64,000 nt of DNA from Macrostomum lignano (GCA_002269645.1 NIVC01001401.1:62001-126000); one strand, 5' to 3'; positions 47,701-60,407 are shown, numbered from the stretch's first letter. Numbers and translations: made by a program. Notes: generated by a model from the sequence alone, not told the origin.

Positions 47701-50700
47701 AGTCTCTCAGATGTAGTCTCTCAGATCTAGTCTTTCATATCAAGTCTCGTAGATTTAGTCTTTATTATCAAGTCTCACAGATTTAGTCTCCCTTATTTAG
47801 TCTAAGATCTATTCTCTCAGATTTAGACTCTCAGCTCTTAGTCTTTAGATCTAGTCTTTCTGATCTAGTCTCGTTTCCCAGATCTAGTCTCGCATAGTCT
47901 TCCTATTCTAGTCTATAGATCCAGTCTCTCTTGTCTCAATTTTTAGATCTATTCTTAAATAATCTAGTGGCTCAGATTATCAATATTTTCTTAGGGCAAG
48001 CTCTCAGCAGCTTCCTTCCCAGTCCCAGTCTCAAACCTCATATGAATTCTCGTCTGAGCCACGCTCTCCGTGTACATCCGATTGTCCATGACCGACCGAT
48101 CGTGCTCCAGGTAGACGAACAGGTAAGCCCCTGACAGGGTGTAGCCAATCACCAGCAGGCACAGGCCGATGTGCGAGAACAGGAAGGCCACGGAGGTCTT
48201 CAGGCAGGAGACGCAGCGACGCCTTCGTCGCTTCCACTTCGACACCTTCGGCCGAGTGGGCGGCTTGCCGTCGTTCTGCTGCTGCTGCTGCTGATTTTTC
48301 TGCTTCTCGGGCGAGTCTGTCGCCTGGTCGGCGGCGGCCTTCTTGCCATCGGTGTCTGCCGCCTCTGCGAGCGGCGGCAGGGTTTAAGCTGGACTGAAGG
48401 GTCACATCTTTTTCTTTCCTTTTTCCGAATCCATTCACGAATCAATTCACGAATCCATTCACGAATCCATTCACGAATCCATTCACGAATCCATTCACGA
48501 ATCAATTCACGAATCCCTTCACGCATCCATTCACGAATCCATTCACGAATCCATTCACGAATCCATTCACGAATCCATTCACGAATCCATTCACGAATCC
48601 ATTCACGAATACATTCACGAATCCATTCACAAATCCATTCACGAATCCATTCACGAATCCATTCACGAATCCATTCACGCATCCATTTACGAATCCATTC
48701 ACGAATCCATTCACGAATCCATTCACGAATCCATTCACGAATCCATTTACGAATCCATTCACGAATCCATTTACGAATCCATTTACGAATCCATTCACGA
48801 ATCCATTTATGAATCCATTCACGAATCCATTCACGAATCCATTCACGAATCCATTCACGAATCCATTCACGAATCCATTTATGAATCCATTCACGAATCC
48901 ATTTATGAATCCATTCACGAATCCATTCACGAATCCATTCACGAATCCATTCACGAATCCATTTACGAATCTCTTCTTGAATCTCGATTTATCTTCACAT
49001 CCTTCATCCCTCCCTTCAACTCCCTGTCAATCTGACTCTCACTGTCATCTTCAGTCTCCGCCGCAGCCGCAGACGTCACCCCGCCGCCGGCGGCCAGTGG
49101 CGCCAGCAGCAGCTTCGTCTGCGCATCCTGACGCCTCGTTCGCACCGGCCTTTCCGGCGGCGAACCCGCAGCAGCAGCAGCTGCGGCAGCGGCTGACGCA
49201 GGCAAATTGTCGTAGTTGGACGTTCGCTGGCCGGCCGTCGCTCGCAGCTCCTCGATGTCGTCTTCGCTCTGCATCGCGTCGCTGTAGGTTGTGAAGGCGC
49301 TGAATGGGCGAGGCCGGTAATGCAGATTTCTCAGGACCAGAGCCTGGCACTCGCGTTCGGTGAGCAGGCCGCCTGTCAGGTTGTCGTCCTCGATGCCCTT
49401 CAACGCGGCCCCGACTGGCTCTGCACGGTCGGTGTGCAGAGACAAAGGAAAAGTGCATCCGTGTAGAGGATAACGGAGATGGCTAATATATGAAGCGAAG
49501 CAGGACTGCATGATCGCTGGTTTATTGGCGGGCAACCCGTGTGGTCTACTTGAGGGACGGCCCCAGCCAAGGACACCCAGAACCAGAATTTGGAGTAGAA
49601 ACTTTTCTCCCAGATCTTCTGTCGAATCCCGGTCTCGTTCCCGATCCCGATCCCGATCCCGATCCCGATCCCGATCCCGATCCCGATCCCGATCCCGATC
49701 CCGATCCCGATCCCGATCCCGATCCCTTGGGATAAAGGGATACCAGTTTCATTTAGTGTCAAAGAACTGGCCTGGAAAGAAGAGTTGCCACTCCAAATTC
49801 TAGTTTTTCGGTCTCCTTGGCCCAGCTAAGGGGATAATATCTTAGCGCGACCCCGGGATGGACTGTCGGATGGGATGCCGCAAAAGTTAACAACTTTTGG
49901 CGAATCTGCTTTACTGAAGCACTGAAGCAGACAAGACAGGCAAAGCAGTTAAAATTGTTAGTAGGGGGCAAAACTTCCGCATTTCTGCTCTCCGCGTCCA
50001 GAAACAGTGCTGTGAGCCCAAGCAGGGTGGCAGCAGCGGTGCAGATTGGTTTGACCAGTTTGCGCTTGGACAGACCCCAGCATGTGGTCGGAGCCTGGAC
50101 CATCTAAGCTAGGCTTGGGTCTGAAGATATATCCATGATTTAACATTACCTATCATCAAAGGCTATTCATGGAGATCTACAACTAGTAGAATATCTGGAG
50201 TGGAAACTGACATCCCTAAAGCAGATTCTAGATCCGTTTGGAATAGCGTAGTTGAAAATCAGCTTATTCCATTGGCGTCATGCACAAACGCAGTTAGTTT
50301 AGTTTCGTTTATAGTTTATCATATTTGTTTATTAATTCCTCTTTATCACCTTTGGCGGCCAAAAAAACGTTTAAATTTTTTAATTGCTACGAACCGACGA
50401 CATTTGCTGATGAAAACTTGAGGGTCTCCATTGAGCGATCAGCTGTGCCAATCAAACCTAAGTGTCACGGTGACTCTAGTGTTCACTTTTGTACCCGCAG
50501 ATAGTTCTGTTCTGCGCATATACTTCTGAGAGCCAATTAAAACTAAAATAAAAGTTGGGGAACACTTTCAAAGTTGCTTTTGAACTACTTAAAGTAGCTT
50601 AAGAATTCAGCTACCTCTATGTATAAATATATAGTCTATGGTCGGCTCCGTGAGAGCTGGGGAAGAGAATGGGGACAGGGAGAGAGACTGGGGATGAGCT

Positions 50701-51557
50701 GGCACGGTCGCTGGAATCCATAGTCTATGGTCGGCTCCGTGAGAGCTGGGGAAGAGAATGGGGACAGGGAGAGAGACTGGGGATGAGCTGGCACGGTCGC
50801 TGGAATCCATAGTCTATGGTCGGCTCCGTGAGAGCTGGGGAAGAGAATGGGGACAGGGAGAGAGACTGCGGATGAGCTGGCACAATCGCTGGAATCCAGT
50901 CTATGGTCGGCTCCGTGAGGGCTGGGGGAGAATGGGGACAGGGAGAGAGACTGGGGATGAGCTGGCACAGTCGCTGGAATCCAGTCTATGGAGTAACAAT
51001 GGTGAGCCTCCCATAGCTACGCAAAAGTGAGTTCTGTCACCTTCAGCTGCACTCGGATTCGCCAGAGAATTCACGCCGCTTCTACACCCATCGGAGACGC
51101 CGTTTTGCGTCGGACCGCCGCCGCCTGACGCAGCGGCAACCAGCAGGGCGGCGGCGTCTGAGCCCGTAGCCGCTGCCGCCGCTGCCGCAGCCCCCTCGTC
51201 TTCTTCATCGTCGTGCGCGATCGGCGCTTTCGTTTCTAGCGAGTGCAGCCCGACTGTGGCCGCGGCGGTGGTCGCCACCGCTGCAGCTAGGAAGCTGTGC
51301 TGCTGCTGATGATGTTGCTGCTGATGTCTCTGATCTTTGCGTCGGTGCTTGGACTCGCCCCGTCTACTCCGACGACCGGAAGCAGCGGCGTCTCGATGCG
51401 GCTTAGCCGCCGGGGTCGCCGACGTTTCTGCGAGGGTCACCGACGTCATTGCCATTGCTGTGGCGGCCTCGGCACCACGGGCGCGCCGCTTTGCTTCCGC
51501 GTCCGCCTTTCGACTGTTGTCGGCGTCGTTTTTCGCGGCGCTGTCGCTTGTTACCAT
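41729..51557 (-). CDS. Two-pore-domain (K2P, TWK/KCNK-like) potassium channel, 992 aa, with long N-terminus and greatly extended extracellular cap
   Basis: Exons 51557-51041, 49420-49043, 48364-48037, 46871-46479, 46034-45592, 42648-41729 total 2979 nt with consistent phases. M1 [27 protein letters not shown]; P1 [20 protein letters not shown] (intron inside the G codon); M2 [18 protein letters not shown]; M3 [21 protein letters not shown]; P2 [24 protein letters not shown]; M4 [19 protein letters not shown]. Confidence 0.92.
42775..43235. repeat. 31-bp minisatellite (K2P intron 5)
   Basis: TGAATCTGCCTCTCCGCTCCCTCAGTGTCCT. Confidence 0.95.
44610..44789 (-). mobile_element. 5'-truncated tRNA-derived SINE in K2P intron 5
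   Basis: Minus strand TAGGGGTGAGCGTCGGACTCACGACTGAAAGGTCGGGGGTTCGATTCTCG followed by TGTGTCCTTGAGCAAGACA, a segment typical of animal tRNA-derived SINEs; embedded in ATAGAT-like simple repeat. Confidence 0.65.
45110..45532. repeat. 30-bp minisatellite (K2P intron 5)
   Basis: GACTAGATCACGGAGCCAGGAGAGTGGAGA. Confidence 0.9.
46305..46442 (+). repeat. Degenerate telomere-like TTAGGG/TTTAGG tract (K2P intron 4)
   Basis: TTAGGGTT, GGTTAGGG, TTTAGGG units. Confidence 0.75.
46895..47075. repeat. 22-bp minisatellite (K2P intron 3)
   Basis: ATATGAGTAATCTACAAGCTAT. Confidence 0.9.
47595..47935. repeat. Degenerate 14-bp repeat (K2P intron 3)
   Basis: AGATCTAGTCTCTC. Confidence 0.85.
48426..48970. repeat. 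12-bp minisatellite (K2P intron 2)
   Basis: GAATCCATTCAC. Confidence 0.97.
49639..49725. repeat. (CCCGAT)n hexamer repeat
   Basis: ~14 copies. Confidence 0.95.
50630..50990. repeat. 89-bp tandem repeat x4 (K2P intron 1)
   Basis: TAGTCTATGGTCGGCTCCGTGAG… recurs at 50632, 50721 and 50810. Confidence 0.92.
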
Positions 51558-52024
51558 GGTAACTGGCGGGCTGCGCGCAGGGTAAGGATGTAAGTCGGTG
51601 GAGGAAACTATCAATACACGTTTCTTCATTACAAACACACTACTTTCAGTAAAGGTTGAAGAAAATGAAAGCGCGGAGAATTAATAATCTAGAAGAGAAG
51701 GCATCAAGGTGAGCGAGCAGCTGATGAAGAAGTCCTGTTTACATTCATTTTCGAACATTGCAGATTTGGTACCAGCTATGAATAATTGGTAATCTCGTTA
51801 ACTTGTAAATTCCATGCACTTTCATTTTCTATCGAACACGAATATCCAAGTCCGATGGAAAGAGTGTTCTTAGTCCTACCCCAGTTAACACAGAAGGCAC
51901 TTTATATTGTCGCGAAGACTGCCTTTGCAGTTCTTCACTGTCGCGTTCTTGTAAAAGCATTCTCCATAGGGTTGGGATCAGGATCAAGAACAGGGGTTGG
52001 GTTCGAGATTGGGATCAGGATCAG

Positions 52025-52770
52025 GACCTGAACTAGGGATTCAAGATCGGGATCTAAGCTCGGGATTCAAGATCGGAATCTAAGCTCAGGATTCAAGATC
52101 GGGATCTAAGCTCGGGATTCAAGATCGGGATCTAAGCTAGGGATTCAAGATCGGGATCTAAGCTAGGGATTCAAGATCGGGATCTAAGCTCGGGATTCAA
52201 GATCGGGATCTAAGCTAGGGATTCAAGATCGGGATCTAAGCTAGGGATTCAAGATCGGGATCTAAGCTCGGGATTCAAGATCGGGATCTAAGCTCGGAAT
52301 TCAAGATCGGGATCTAAGCTCGGGATTCAAGTTCGGGATCTAAGCTCGAGATTCAAGTTCGGGATCTTGGCTCGGGATTCAAGATCGGGATCTAAGCTCG
52401 GGATTCAAGATCGGGATCTAAGCTCGGGATTCAAGATCGGGATCTAAGCTCGGGATTCAAGATCGGGATCTAAGCTCGGAATTCAAGATCGGGATCTAAG
52501 CTCGGGATTCAAGTTCGGGATCTAAGCTCGAGATTCAAGTTCGGGATCTTGGCTCGGGATTCAAGATCGGGATCTAAGCTAGGGATTCAAGATCGGGATC
52601 TAAGCTCGGGATTCAAGATCGGGATCTAAGCTAGGGATTCAAGATCGGGATCTAAGCTAGGGATTCAAGATCGGGATCTAAGCTCGGGATTCAAGATCGG
52701 GATCTAAGCTCGGGATTCAAGATCGGGATCTAAGCTCGGGATTCAAGATCGGGATCTAAGCTAGGGATTC
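52025..52770. repeat. 26-bp minisatellite
   Basis: GGGATTCAAGATCGGGATCTAAGCT(C/A). Confidence 0.97.
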
Positions 52771-53221
52771 TAAAGAAGACGGGCAAAGTTTCAATGCCTG
52801 AGTCAGTGCAGCAAACAGCCGGTGCAAGTCGGCAGTCAGACTCGATCAAAATCAGCGGCCGCTTACCCCCAGTTACAATGGAAGGCGTAGGGCCTGTCAG
52901 AATGCGCGTGTTTTCCCAAAAATCGATCCAGGAAATCTCTGGGCAAGCCTGACAAATAGCCGGCTTGCAGCGGGAATAATGCCTTATATACACTGCCTCC
53001 TTGATGGGGATTTTTCTCCCCCCCCCATCAGCCCCCCGATCCTCGCCGGCTCGCCAAATTTGCCCCATTCGCCCCGTGCGATTCGTTCCAAGAGAATAAA
53101 AGCCTATCCGAGTGGCTTATCATCTGGGATGTTGCTCTCGTCAGCCCTTGGCTAAAATGAATATCATCTGCTTTCCACTTGATGACTGCTGTGCTGTTCA
53201 TTCCGGTCTTGTAGAAACTCT

Positions 53222-54415
53222 GTTTCATTCTGTTTCTGCATCATCCTGTTTCTGTATCATCCTGTTTCTGTATCATCCTGTTTCTGCATCATCCTGTTTC
53301 TGTATCATCCTGTTTCTCTATCATCCTGTTTCTGTATCATCCTGTTTCTCTATCATCCTGTTTCTGTATCATCCTGTTTCTGTATCATCCTGTTTCTGTA
53401 TCATCCTGTTTCTGCTTCATCCTGTTTCTGCATCATCCTGTTTCTGTATCATCCTGTTTCTGTATCATCCTGTTTCTGTTTCATCCTGTTTCTGTATCAT
53501 CCTGTTTCTGTATCATCCTGTTTCTGTATCATCCTGTTTCTGTATCATCCTGTTTCTGTATCATCCTGTTTCTGTATCATCCGGTTTCTGTATCATCCTG
53601 TTTCTGTATCATCCGGTTTCTGTATCATCCTGTTTCTGTATCATCCTGTTTCTGTATCATCCTGTTTCTGTATCATCCTGTTTCTGCATCATCCTGTTTC
53701 TGTATCATCCTGTTTCTGTATCATCGTGTTTCTGTATCATCGTGTTTCTGTATCATCCTGTTTCTGTATCATCCGGTTTCTGTATCATCCTGTTTCTGTA
53801 TCATCCTGTTTCTGTATCATCCTGTTTCTGCATCCTGTTTCTGTATCATCCTGTTTCTGCATCATCCTGTTTCTGCATCCTGTTTCTGTATCATCCTGTT
53901 TCTGCATCATCCTGTTTCTGCATCCGGTTTCTGTATCATCCTGTTTCTGCATCATCCTGTTTCTGTATCATCCTGTTTCTGTATCATCCTGTTTCTGTAT
54001 CATCGTGTTTCTGTATCATCCTGTTTCTGTATCATCGTGTTTCTGTATCATCGTGTTTCTGTATCATCCTGTTTCTGTATCATCCGGTTTCTGTATCATC
54101 CTGTTTCTGTATCATCCTGTTTCATCCTCTATCATCCTGTTTCTGTATCATCCTGTTTCTGTATCATCCTGTTTCTGTATCATCCTGTTTCTGTATCATC
54201 CTGTTTCTGCATCCTGTTTCTGTATCATCCTGTTTCTGCATCATCCTGTTTCTGCATCCTGTTTCTGTATCATCCTGTTTCTGCATCATCCTGTTTCTGC
54301 ATCCTGTTTCTGTATCATCCTGTTTCTGCATCCTGTTTCTGTTTCTGTTTCTGTTTTTGCATACTGTTTCTGTTGCTGTTTCTGTATCCTGTTTCTGTAT
54401 CATGTTTCTGTTTCT
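53222..54415. repeat. 16-bp (13-bp variant) minisatellite
   Basis: CATCCTGTTTCTGTAT. Confidence 0.95.
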
Positions 54416-54964
54416 TTGACAAGGGCGTCTTTCTGTCTTTCTGACAGCCAATCAGACCAGGAGCTGCGGGATGACCTCTTGGAAGTGTTGCAGCGCACAG
54501 CCGAGTCACATGCACAGTCAAAGACAATCTCTATGAATTCTATTGCGCGAGAGACAACAACCAAAAAACAGGTTATTCAATAGATGAGACTAAGATAGAC
54601 CAGGATCTAGAGGATAAAAGTATGAAAAATTGCATGCAGAATAAATTAAATTCTTCCAGTCTCGTCAGCGCCATTTTTTCCATCTACTTTAATGAGGCCC
54701 CCTGCGGGCAGGCCAGTAGGGAACAGGGATGTGGTGGGAAAGGTGGAGGCTGGACGGGAGTCTGGGACCGGATGATGAACGGCAGCCTTCGGTGTCAGAC
54801 AGTTGGTGTGTTAGGGTGTGCGCTAGTTTAGAGATCAGGGATCCCCCTGACAACCACTTGGACTGGAGATCAAACTCCAGTTTAAAGATGCCAAAGATTT
54901 TAAGATGCCAAATGACACAAAATGGAATCAAGTCGGGAACTGATTTTAGAAACTGAATTGCGCG

Positions 54965-55295
54965 TGGGTTTGGGTTAGATTTAGTTTTCGGTTTATGTTT
55001 AGGGTAAGGTTTATGGTAAGGTTTAGGTTTAGGTTTTGGTTTAGGCTTTGGGTTAGGGTTAGGTTTAGGGTAAGGTTTAAGTTTAGGTTTAGGGTTTGGT
55101 TTTGGTTTAGGGTTAGGTTTTGGTTTAGGGTTAGGTTTTGGTTTAGGGTTAGGTTTTGGTTTAGGGTGAAGTTTTGGTTTAGGTTTAGGTTTAGGTTTAG
55201 CTTTAGCTTTAGGGTTAGGTTTAGGTTTAGGTTTAGGTTTAGCGTTAGGTTTAGGGTTAGGTTTTGGGTTAGGTTTAGGGTTAGTTAGGGTTAGG
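54965..55295 (+). repeat. Degenerate telomere-like TTAGGG/TTTAGG/TTTTGG tract
   Basis: GGTTTAGGGTTAGGTTTTGG-type hexamer mosaic. Confidence 0.85.
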
Positions 55296-55333
55296 ACACT
55301 TCGCTCTTCTGGCTTCCAGTCCAGGTGACTTAC

Positions 55334-57388
55334 AGTGGTCCCTGTTGGTAGTATAATTTCTCTCTTAAAATCGCCTCCATTTACGGGCCCCAGGTGGAAA
55401 ATCGCCGGCACTGCTTCGCCTGGGGGTTTGAAGCTAAGAAAAAGAATTTCCACATTTTTATTGCATGGATATTGTGCATTAATCCGTAATTCGAATCACC
55501 AAGCGAAACTAAACGCACGCCTTCGGTGCACCTCCGGGGGCGGTTGATGAGGGAAGCTGCAGTTGAAAGCATTTTGACGGCCAAAGCTTGACGGTTATCT
55601 TTTTCTCTCTCATGTTGCCAATTCTTTCGTTTCTTTCTTTTTCTTTTCCTTTCTGCGTTTGCAGCGGTATTTAGCGGGATTTTCTTAGAATGCGGTTCCA
55701 CGTTACGATGGGGAGGCTGTTGGAGTGGGTGGAGCAGCCGTCTGCTTCTTCCCTGAGGCCCCGCTTGAAGCGGAACATACGAGATTTGGCAAACTGTTTC
55801 TCGGTGCTAATGAAACGCCGCAACCTGAGTGATCAAAATAGGAATTCAAGCATAGAAGTCTGATGCCAGAATTTTGACTGTTGAAACTTGATGGCCGTGC
55901 ATATATTGAGGTTCCGAAGTCTCATAGTTGAGGTTGCGAAGTCTCATGATTGAGGTTGCGAAGTCTCATAGTTGAGGTTGCGAAGTCTCATAGTTGAGGT
56001 TGCGAAGTCTCATAGTTGAGGTGGTTAAGTCTCATAGTTAAGGTGGTTAAGTCTCATAGTTGAGGTTGTTAAGTCTCATAGTTAAGGTGGTTAAGTCTCA
56101 TAGTTGAGGTTGTTAAGTCTCATAGTTAAGGTGGTTAAGTCTCATAGTTGAGGTTGTTAAGTCTCATAGTTAAGGTGGTTAAGTATCATAGTTAAGGTGG
56201 TTAAGTCTCATAGTTGAGGTTGTTAAGTCTCATAGTTAAGGTGGTTAAGTCTCATAGTTAAGGTGGTTAAGTCTCATAGTTGAGGTTGCGAAGTCTCATA
56301 GTTGAGGTTGCGAAGTCTCATGGTTGAGGTGGTTAAGTCTCATAGTTAAGGTGGTTAAGTCTCATAGTTGAGGTTGTTAAGTCTCATAGTTAAGGTGGTT
56401 AAGTCTCATAGTTAAGGTGGTTAAGTCTCATAGTTAAGGTGGTTAAGTCTCATAGTTAAGGTGGTTAAGTATCATAGTTAAGGTGGTTAAGTCTCATAGT
56501 TGAGGTTGTTAAGTCTCATAGTTAAGGTGGTTAAGTCTCATAGTTCAGGTGGTTAAGTCTCATAGTTCAGGTGGTTAAGTCTCATAGTTCAGGTGGTTAA
56601 GTCTCATAGTTGAGGTTGCGAAGTCTCATAGTTGAGGTTTCGAAGTCTCATGGTTGAGGTGGTTAAGTCTCATAGTTAAGGTTGCGAAGTGTCATAGTTG
56701 AGGTTGCGAAGTGTCATGATTGAGATTCCAAAATATAAATTATGATTAAGGCAATGAAATATCATAATTAAGATTAAGCTTTTTAAGTCTCATTAATGTT
56801 ATTGACGTTCGATAAGCTCATGATTTGGGTTGAGGCTTCGAAATCAGACCCAGAGATCTTGGTCCCCACCCCGCCCCTATCTCCAGCCTCGCACCATGTC
56901 CATCTCACGCCTCAGCCTGCCGCCTGTCAGGAACAGAGTAATCATAGACCACTAAAATGGCTGATCAAGTGGATCCAAGGCCGATGCAGCGGTTTAGAAG
57001 GACGAGACAGAGTTCCCTTATTGATTACCTTGCTCACTCCAATCGGTTTTTTCTAGAGCAGCCCTTGTGAGCAGCGGCAGCGGCAGCACTGGCAGAATAA
57101 ATTGGTTGTACAGAAAATGACAAACGGAGGCAGCAGGGAAACTGACGGAGAACTTCTCGCTGCTCAGGGCGAGTTTTGGGAGGTGGGGCTGATGCGAAGT
57201 AATTGTGTTTGCCGCCACTTTGCTGCCGGGGAGTGGAACAGTTTAAGGGTGCGCTGTTGAGGAAGAAGGATGGATGAGGAAAGGAATCTAATCACCCTTG
57301 GTGGGCTGGCGCGGTGGCCGAGTGGACAGTGCTCGCGGTCAAGGAGCGCTGGCATCGGGCAAGCACTGGGCTCCATGTCTGTGCGCTG
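55334..57388 (-). CDS. Candidate exons of an uncharacterised minus-strand gene (likely extends from ~62.3 kb to ~52.8 kb)
   Basis: Phase-2-compatible exons 57388-57296 and 57253-57038 (…[20 protein letters not shown]…KNRLE), and 55433-55334 (ttctttttcttag|[34 protein letters not shown]|gtaagt). Other open islands lie near 55824, 58870, 59790 and 62280. No family recognised. Confidence 0.35.
55915..56730. repeat. 22-bp minisatellite, two unit types
   Basis: GTTGAGGTTGCGAAGTCTCATA / GTTAAGGTGGTTAAGTCTCATA. Confidence 0.95.
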
Positions 57389-57417
57389 CTGGCGAAGCAC
57401 GGAAAGGGGACAGGGAA

Positions 57418-58512
57418 ATTCTGAGATGGGGGAGATTCTTAGATGGGTGAGATTCTGAGATGGGGGAGATCTGAGATGGGGGAGATTCTGAGATGGGGGA
57501 GATTCTGAGATGGGGGAGATTCTTAGATGGGTGAGATTCTGAGATGGGGGAGATCTGAGATGGGGGAGATTCTGAGATGGGGGAGATTCTGAGATGGGGG
57601 AGATTCTGAGATGGGGGAGATTCTTAGATGGGGGAGATTCTGAGATGGGAGAGATTCTGAGATGGGAGAGATTCTGAGATGGGGGAGATTCTGAGATGGG
57701 GGAGATTCTGAGATGGGGGATCGAGATTCTGAGATGGGGGAGATTCTGAGATGGGGGAGATTCTGAGATGGGGGAGATTCTGAGATGGGGGATCGAGATT
57801 CTGAGATGGGGGAGATTCTGAGATGGGGGAGACTCCGAGATGGGAGAGATTCTGAGATGGGGAGAGACTCCGAGATGGGAGAGATTCTGAGATGGGGGAG
57901 ATTCTGAGATGGGGGAGATTCTGAGATGGGAGAGACTCCGAGATGGGAGAGATTCTGAGATGGGGAGAGACTCCGAGATGGGAGAGATTCTGAGATGGGG
58001 AGAGACTCCGAGATGGGAGAGATTCTGAGATAGGGGAGATTCTGAGATGGGGGAGATTCTGAGATGGGGGAGATTCTGAGATGGGGGATCGAGATTCTGA
58101 GATGGGGGAGATTCTGAGATGGGGGAGATTCTGAGATGGGGGAGATTCTGAGATGGGGGAGATTCTGAGATTGGGGATCGAGATTCTGAGATGAGGGAGA
58201 TTCTGAGATGGGGGAGATTCTGAGATGGGGGAGATTCTGAGATGGGGGAGAGTCTGAGATGGGGGAGATTCTGAGATGGGGGAGATTCTGAGATGGGGGA
58301 GATTCTGAGATGGGGGAGATTCTGTAATAAGGGAGATTCTGAGATGGGGGAGATTCTGAGATAAGGGAAATTCTGAGATGGGGGAGATTCTGAGATGGGG
58401 GAGATTCTGAGATAAGGGAGATTCTGAGATGGGGGAGATTCTGAGATGGGGGAGATTCTGAGATAGGGGAGATTCTGAGATGGGGGAGATTCTGAGATGG
58501 GGGAGATTCTGA
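57418..58512. repeat. 17-bp G-rich minisatellite
   Basis: GATTCTGAGATGGGGGA. Confidence 0.97.
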
Positions 58513-58939
58513 TATTTTTGGAACTCCTACCTTGATTGCCAAAAACTGACCAAAAGCTACAATTAGCATGGATAATTTCACTAATTGTTTCATATCTTTT
58601 CAACCCAAGTATACAATACATGTATAAATATGTTTTCCTTCACTCTTTCGTTTAAATTTAAACTAAACATTGACGACGTCCTCTTCAGGACAAAAAGTTT
58701 CGGCAATTACACTACATGCATGAATGTTGGTTCGAACTTTTCTATTGTCGGAAAAGTAATCACAAACACCAGTCTGATATCCATCTACTTCAGTAGCAGA
58801 TGAAAGAAGGCGCTTGCTTCTTCTTTGCTTGTTAAGCAAAATTGACTTCCGTTGTAGCTTGCAACGGGCTGTCTTGGGGGACAGGATGAAGGGGACATGA
58901 TATATGAAATAGTGCGATTATAGCCACAGGCCTTCCAAC

Positions 58940-59432
58940 TGCAGCCCGACCTACTACAGCCCGACCCTACTACAGCCCGACCCTACTGCAGCCCGACCTA
59001 CTACAGCCCGACACTACTACAGCCCGACCTACTACAGCCCGACCCTACTACAGCCCGACCCTACTACAGCCCGACCCTACTACAGCCCGACACTACTACA
59101 GCCCGACACTACTACAGCCCGACACTACTACAGCCCGACACTACTACAGCCCGACACTACTACAGCCCGACCCTACTACAGCCCGACCCTACTTCAGCCC
59201 GACCCTACTACAGCCCGATCCTACTACAGCCCGACCCTACTACAGCCCGACCCTACTACAGCCCGACCCTACTACAGCCCGATCCTACTATAGCCCGACC
59301 CTACTATAGCCCGACCCTACTACAGCCCGACCCTACTACAGCCCGACCCTACTACAGCCCGACCCTACTACAGCCCGACCCTACTACAGCCCGATCCTAC
59401 TACAGCCCGACCCTACTACAGCCCGACTCTAC
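58940..59432. repeat. 16-bp minisatellite
   Basis: CAGCCCGACCCTACTA. Confidence 0.97.
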
Positions 59433-60407
59433 AGCAGAAGTTCCAGAATCGCGCCTTGGCACTCATGTGACACCTGGAGCTCTCTCGGGACTCTCAATGG
59501 ACTCCTAAAGGACTCTATCAGGACTCATAAGGACTATCGCACCTTATTCTCACTTCCTTCTTATCTCGCATCCGGGCATCCCGCTATACCCGCTTCTTTT
59601 TATTGAGCGCACACTTCGCACCACACAGTAGTAGTTGGACTTTGCAGACTGGCTCTGTGCATCTTTCTGCTCCAATGTTCGCCAACTTTGGTCAGAATAT
59701 CTCGCACTACCCCCCCCCTCCCCTCAGTCGATCTGAACCAGACGCAAAGGAAGTTCCAAAGCAGCCGATTCGAGTAGCTAGGGACTAACTAGCAGTTAGC
59801 ACAGGGGAGGGGATGACTGCCGTATTATCGTAAGAATTTCCAAATCCGGGCCAGGGCTCCCTCCTCCAGCCAGTAAGTAGCCAAGTCTATTCTAGTAACT
59901 GCTGTGTACACACACTTGCAATGCCAGTGCAAAGAATGCAAGGAAAGCAGAAAATCTTGACCTTCCCAGCCTAACACCCTTGCCCTCCTCTACACACACA
60001 CATACTACTTGTTTATTTAACAAACTGCAGCTTAGAATAGTAGTATATATAATATACTGTATACAGAAACCTAATACTGTCCGATTAATAAATATTGTAC
60101 AACTATAAACTATATGCACTGATATGACTATATAGTCAGCAATTAGTCAGGTGTGAATAATTCAACTTCCTGGGAAGCATTGAGAGGTTTGGGAGCTCGT
60201 TTCCATATAGGTGCGATCTGCGCTGCATATTGGGGATAAGCTTATATATAGTTACCTGAGATTTCGGCCCTCAGCTGCATCGGAGATACTGAAAATGCCT
60301 GACAAATTGCATTCACTCTTTCCGGTATTAGAATATTGTGTCACTACTTAACCAAGTAGTATGTAGTCTAACAGAATTGAAATAAAAGCATCAGTAGATT
60401 TATAAAT

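Noticed and set aside
49800-49880. GCTAAGGGGAT resembling the HDV-ribozyme J4/2-P2 end (also GGCTAACCCC at ~39105)
   Set aside because: No P1/P3/L3 (CCUCCUCG-like) arrangement could be built upstream.
54430-54545. Minus-strand SSWSDW reading as a cytokine-receptor/TSP WSxW motif
   Set aside because: The same island has an equally plausible plus-strand frame, and no rest of an FN3/TSP domain could be assembled.
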